From positions 13,973-77,972 of the forward strand of contig CBDUXI010000006.1 in assembly GCA_965371175.1 (NCBI GenBank): a stretch of 64,000 nucleotides of DNA, given 5' to 3'. The notes under the pieces were generated by a model that ran no database searches, was not told where the DNA came from, and worked only from the letters and a program-made list of their open reading frames with translations. The stretch is from an uncultured bacterium. Lineage in GTDB: Bacteria; Nitrospirota; JACRHL01. The position numbers were made by a program, and so were the translations under genes. Of the stretch, positions 61,201-64,000 are shown piece by piece (position 1 is the stretch's first letter; the number at the start of each line of letters is the position of its first letter).

Positions 61201-61468
61201 AGGGCCTGTTAACACAAACGGCAACGGCGGCGTTGCTGCCCCAAATGGTGCCAGGCAAGGCGTGAGGAGAGAGTTTAGTGGTTCTAAATGAACGACGAAC
61301 AACGCAGCATGGCGGCATTTGGGGCCGGGCCCGAAGGGACGGGCCCATTTTTTCGCAGTCCGGCGTTACACAGCTTGCGCGTACAATGAGTACGCCCTTC
61401 GCTATGTGCCTTGGCCTGCAAAAAAATGGGCTCCGTCGCCGCCGTTACCGTTTGTGTTAACAGGCCCT
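61201..61468. repeat. Inverted-repeat-flanked element: 32-bp near-perfect IRs (1 mismatch) separated by ~204 bp
   Basis: 61201-61232 'AGGGCCTGTTAACACAAACGGCAACGGCGGCG' versus the reverse complement of 61437-61468, which is 'AGGGCCTGTTAACACAAACGGTAACGGCGGCG'. Lies in the fabI-ribD intergenic region. Confidence 0.7.
61327..61353 (+). terminator. Intrinsic terminator-like hairpin inside the IR element
   Basis: GGGCCCG-AAGGGA-CGGGCCC followed by ATTTTTT. About 180 nt after fabI and about 130 nt before the ribD start. Confidence 0.6.
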
Positions 61469-61483
61469 AACAATGAAAAATGG

Positions 61484-62590
61484 ATGCGCCGTGCACTGAC
61501 GCTGGCGGCAAGGGCCGAAGGACGTACCGCGCCCAACCCACTGGTGGGGGCGGTGGTGGTCAAAAACGGTCAGCTGGTCGCAGAGGGTTACCACAAGGGA
61601 CCGGGCCGTCCGCATGCAGAAGCCGAGGCCTTGAAACGTGCCGGAGCCGAGGCCCGCGGGGCGGTGCTGTACGTCACCCTGGAGCCGTGCGTGCATACCG
61701 GCAAGCGCACGCCGCCGTGCGTGCCGCAGGTGGCCAGCGCGGGGCTTTCCCGGGTGGTGGTTGGCGCGGTCGATCCCAACCCGAAAGTGGCCGGAGGCGG
61801 CATTGCCGCTCTGCAAAGCGCCGGGGTGGATGTGGAAGTCGGCTGCCTGAAAGAGCGCTGCCGGAAAATGAATGCCCCGTACGAGCAGACCATGAAAACC
61901 GGGTTGCCGTGGGTCACCGTCAAATCGGCCCAGACCCTGGACGGCAAGGTGGCCACTGCCAGTGGCGAATCAAAATGGATTACCGGCGATGCCGCCCGTC
62001 GCCACGGCCACCGGATGCGCGGCAAGAACGACATCATCCTCACCGGTATCGGCACCGTGCTGGCCGACGACCCGGAGTTGACCTGCCGCATACGGGGCAG
62101 GCAGAGCCCGGTGCGGGTGGTGGTGGACGCGGGACTTGCCACACCGCCTGCCGCCCGCGTGTTGACGGGAACCGCTGCGGTCCCTACGATTCTGGCGACG
62201 GTGGCCGGGGCCGATCCCGACCGGGCAAAAAAACTGGAAGCGGCAGGTGCCCGTATTCTTACCGTGCCGGAACAGGCAGGCCACCCGGCGGGTGGTTCGG
62301 GCGGGAGTCGGATCGACCTGGTGGCGCTGCTGAAAATGCTGGCGGAAGAAGGGCATCACCGGGTGCTGGCAGAGGGCGGCCCGACTGTTGCCGCAGGTCT
62401 TTTTGCCGCAGGACTGGTCAACCGGGTGGCGTGGTTCGTGGCGCCGTCCATCATGGGGGGCGACGACGCCAGAGGCAGTGTAGGGGGCAACGCGCCGAAA
62501 GCGCTGGCCCACATGACGCAGTTGGGGCCGATCAAGGTCCGGCGGCTGGGGGCAGACCTGTTGCTGGAGGCGGATGTGATCAAATCATGA
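61484..62590 (+). CDS. ribD: Bifunctional riboflavin biosynthesis protein RibD (deaminase/reductase)
   Basis: 'PNPLVGAVVV', 'HAEAEAL' and 'LYVTLEPCVHTGKRTPPC' CMP/dCMP deaminase zinc motifs, plus a C-terminal reductase domain. Start at 'MRRALTLA' (the ORF begins at 61319). Confidence 0.9.
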   Translation: MRRALTLAARAEGRTAPNPLVGAVVVKNGQLVAEGYHKGPGRPHAEAEALKRAGAEARGAVLYVTLEPCVHTGKRTPPCVPQVASAGLSRVVVGAVDPNPKVAGGGIAALQSAGVDVEVGCLKERCRKMNAPYEQTMKTGLPWVTVKSAQTLDGKVATASGESKWITGDAARRHGHRMRGKNDIILTGIGTVLADDPELTCRIRGRQSPVRVVVDAGLATPPAARVLTGTAAVPTILATVAGADPDRAKKLEAAGARILTVPEQAGHPAGGSGGSRIDLVALLKMLAEEGHHRVLAEGGPTVAAGLFAAGLVNRVAWFVAPSIMGGDDARGSVGGNAPKALAHMTQLGPIKVRRLGADLLLEADVIKS

Positions 62591-63024
62591 ACGAGGCGTT
62601 GGCGCGTAAGGGAGGCAAGACCGTGGGCAAATGGATGATCCGCGCACTGCTGGTGTCACTGGTGCTGGCGCTGGCCGCACCGCAAGTGGCCCAGGCGCAG
62701 GAAAGCTCGCTTAAAAGCGTCACCCGCGACGCCCTGTACGGTGGCGTGCTGGGGGCGCTGCTGGGCACCGCCGTGTTGGCGTTCGTGGATAAGCCGTCGG
62801 ACCACCTGGACTACATCGTCACCGGCGCTGCCGTGGGCATTCTGGGGGGTGCCACCTGGGGTATTTACGAATCAGCCACCTACCGCCGTCCCGCCTACCT
62901 GACGCTGGAAGGGGGCGTCGTCCGCACGGCTTTTCCCCGTCCGCACGTGCGTCTTATCCGACGGCTGACAGGTGAGCCGCCGGAAGCCGTGCTGACGTAC
63001 CGGCTGCTCGACGTACGTTTCTAG
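62587..63024 (+). CDS. Hypothetical exported/membrane protein
   Basis: In-frame tail of a long spurious ORF. Signal-like 'MIRALLVSLVLALAAPQVAQAQ' and a second hydrophobic segment. The ATG overlaps the ribD stop. Confidence 0.45.
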   Translation: MNEALARKGGKTVGKWMIRALLVSLVLALAAPQVAQAQESSLKSVTRDALYGGVLGALLGTAVLAFVDKPSDHLDYIVTGAAVGILGGATWGIYESATYRRPAYLTLEGGVVRTAFPRPHVRLIRRLTGEPPEAVLTYRLLDVRF

Positions 63025-63063
63025 GCCCTGGATGGGCCCTCTTTTTTCCTCCGGGAGATACGC

Positions 63064-64000
63064 ATGATCATCGGGATTCCCAAGGAGATCAAGGACCACG
63101 AGTTCCGGGTGGCCCTGCCGCCGGATGCGGTAGCGGAACTGACACGGGACGGGCACGAGGTGCGGGTGGAGGCCGATGCGGGCGCAGGCAGCGGCTTTGC
63201 CGATGCCGAATACGAACAGGCGGGCGCGCATGTCACGGACACTAAAACCACCTTCGACGCCGAACTGATCCTCAAGGTAAAAGAGCCGCAACGGTCCGAG
63301 ATGGGCTTCTTTCGCGCAGGGCAGGTGCTGTTCACCTTTCTGCATCTGGCCGCCAGCCGCGAAACCACCACCCAACTGCTTGCAACCGGCGTCACCGCCA
63401 TTGCCTACGAGGCGGTGCAGGATAAAGACGGCCGCCTGCCGATTTTAAAACCCATGAGCGAGGTGGCCGGCGCCCTGGCCGTGGTCAACGGCGCAAGCCT
63501 CATGGAGCGGCCCAGCGGCGGGCGCGGCGTGCTGTTGACCGGCATAGAAGGCATTCCCGGTGGCGATGTCACCGTGCTGGGCGCAGGGGTCGTCGGCACC
63601 GCCGCCACCCGGGTGGCCGTGGGCATGGGAGCATGCGTAACCGTGCTGGATCGTGCCGATGAGGCGCTGGCACGCATCCGCAAGGCATTTCCTTCCATCA
63701 CCACCCACATCAGCACTCCGGAACAGGTGGAAAAGGCCGTGACCGAGGCCGATCTGGTGGTGGGCGGCGTGCTCATTCCGGGCGCTCACGCCCCGCGCAT
63801 GGTGACCCGCCAGATGCTCGGCCACATGCGCAAGGGGGCCGTAGTGGTCGATGTGGCCATCGATCAGGGGGGCTGCGTGGAAGGCATTCGCGAAACCTCT
63901 CACACCGATCCCAGCTACCGGGAAAACGGGATTATCTTTTCGGCCATCCCCAACCTGCCGGGGGTGGTGCCGCTCACCAGCACCCGGGCGCTGGCCCGCG
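63064..64000 (+). CDS. ald: Alanine dehydrogenase (3' end outside window)
   Basis: My own translation from the ATG at 63064: 'MIIGIPKEIKDHEFRVALPPDAV...VLFTFLHLAAS...PMSEVAG...VLGAGVVGTAA...VDVAIDQGG' matches Ald throughout. Not in the ORF track because there is no stop before the window end. Confidence 0.9.
   Translation, partial: MIIGIPKEIKDHEFRVALPPDAVAELTRDGHEVRVEADAGAGSGFADAEYEQAGAHVTDTKTTFDAELILKVKEPQRSEMGFFRAGQVLFTFLHLAASRETTTQLLATGVTAIAYEAVQDKDGRLPILKPMSEVAGALAVVNGASLMERPSGGRGVLLTGIEGIPGGDVTVLGAGVVGTAATRVAVGMGACVTVLDRADEALARIRKAFPSITTHISTPEQVEKAVTEADLVVGGVLIPGAHAPRMVTRQMLGHMRKGAVVVDVAIDQGGCVEGIRETSHTDPSYRENGIIFSAIPNLPGVVPLTSTRALAR

Noticed and set aside
61145-61484. FMN (RFN) riboswitch upstream of ribD
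   Set aside because: The conserved FMN-riboswitch core motifs are not recognisable, and a covariance-model search was not possible here. The region is reported as an IR-flanked element with a terminator instead.
61480-62586. 5' portion of the 514-aa plus-strand ORF overlapping ribD in another frame
   Set aside because: Arg/Gly-rich out-of-frame translation of ribD. Only its in-frame tail after ribD (62587-63024) looks like a real small gene.

Overview
This 64 kb window comes from a high-GC (roughly mid-60s % by eye) Gram-negative-type bacterial chromosome. It is densely packed with housekeeping genes on both strands. I found no rRNA, tRNA or CRISPR arrays. Lineage is not resolvable from here, but the split purQ/purL architecture and the ubiA/ubiD genes point to a proteobacterium-like organism. 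Coordinates computed by hand may be off by 1-3 nt; ORF-track arithmetic was used wherever possible.

Housekeeping content:
- a partial Sdh/Frd-type FAD flavoprotein, then sucC-sucD
- a translationally coupled trio of redox genes: an Fe-S protein, an AsrA/HydB-like gene and an AsrB/HydG-like gene
- a histidine phosphatase, a thioredoxin-like protein and a GNAT acetyltransferase
- citrate synthase (gltA)
- a SWIM-SNF2 helicase and a hybrid PAS/HAMP histidine kinase
- purQ-purL-purF followed by a LOG-family gene, then nth
- LemA plus an M48 peptidase, and DUF898 plus a second M48 peptidase
- aspS and rluB (coupled), tpx, uppP, and a coupled pair of M16 peptidases
- a HAD phosphatase, dut, rnd, fabI, ribD, and a partial ald at the 3' end

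Accessory or unusual content:
1. An AT-rich (~40-45% GC by eye) two-gene island at 7.94-8.88 kb. It encodes a small soluble protein overlapping a multi-TM protein, and is the best candidate here for an undescribed horizontally acquired toxin/defence module.
2. A six-gene minus-strand operon, ubiA-ubiD-[3 paralogous FGE/SUMF1-domain lipoproteins, one with two CxxCH haem motifs]-UbiH-like monooxygenase.
3. A lower-GC region at about 11-17 kb encoding CARDB and paralogous PD40 beta-propeller lipoproteins, plus a separate 1307-aa FG-GAP giant protein.
4. An apparently orphan HigB-like toxin with a Cys4 insertion.
5. A REP/BIME-like composite palindrome, a family of near-identical terminator hairpins, and a 32-bp inverted-repeat-flanked ~270-bp element between fabI and ribD.
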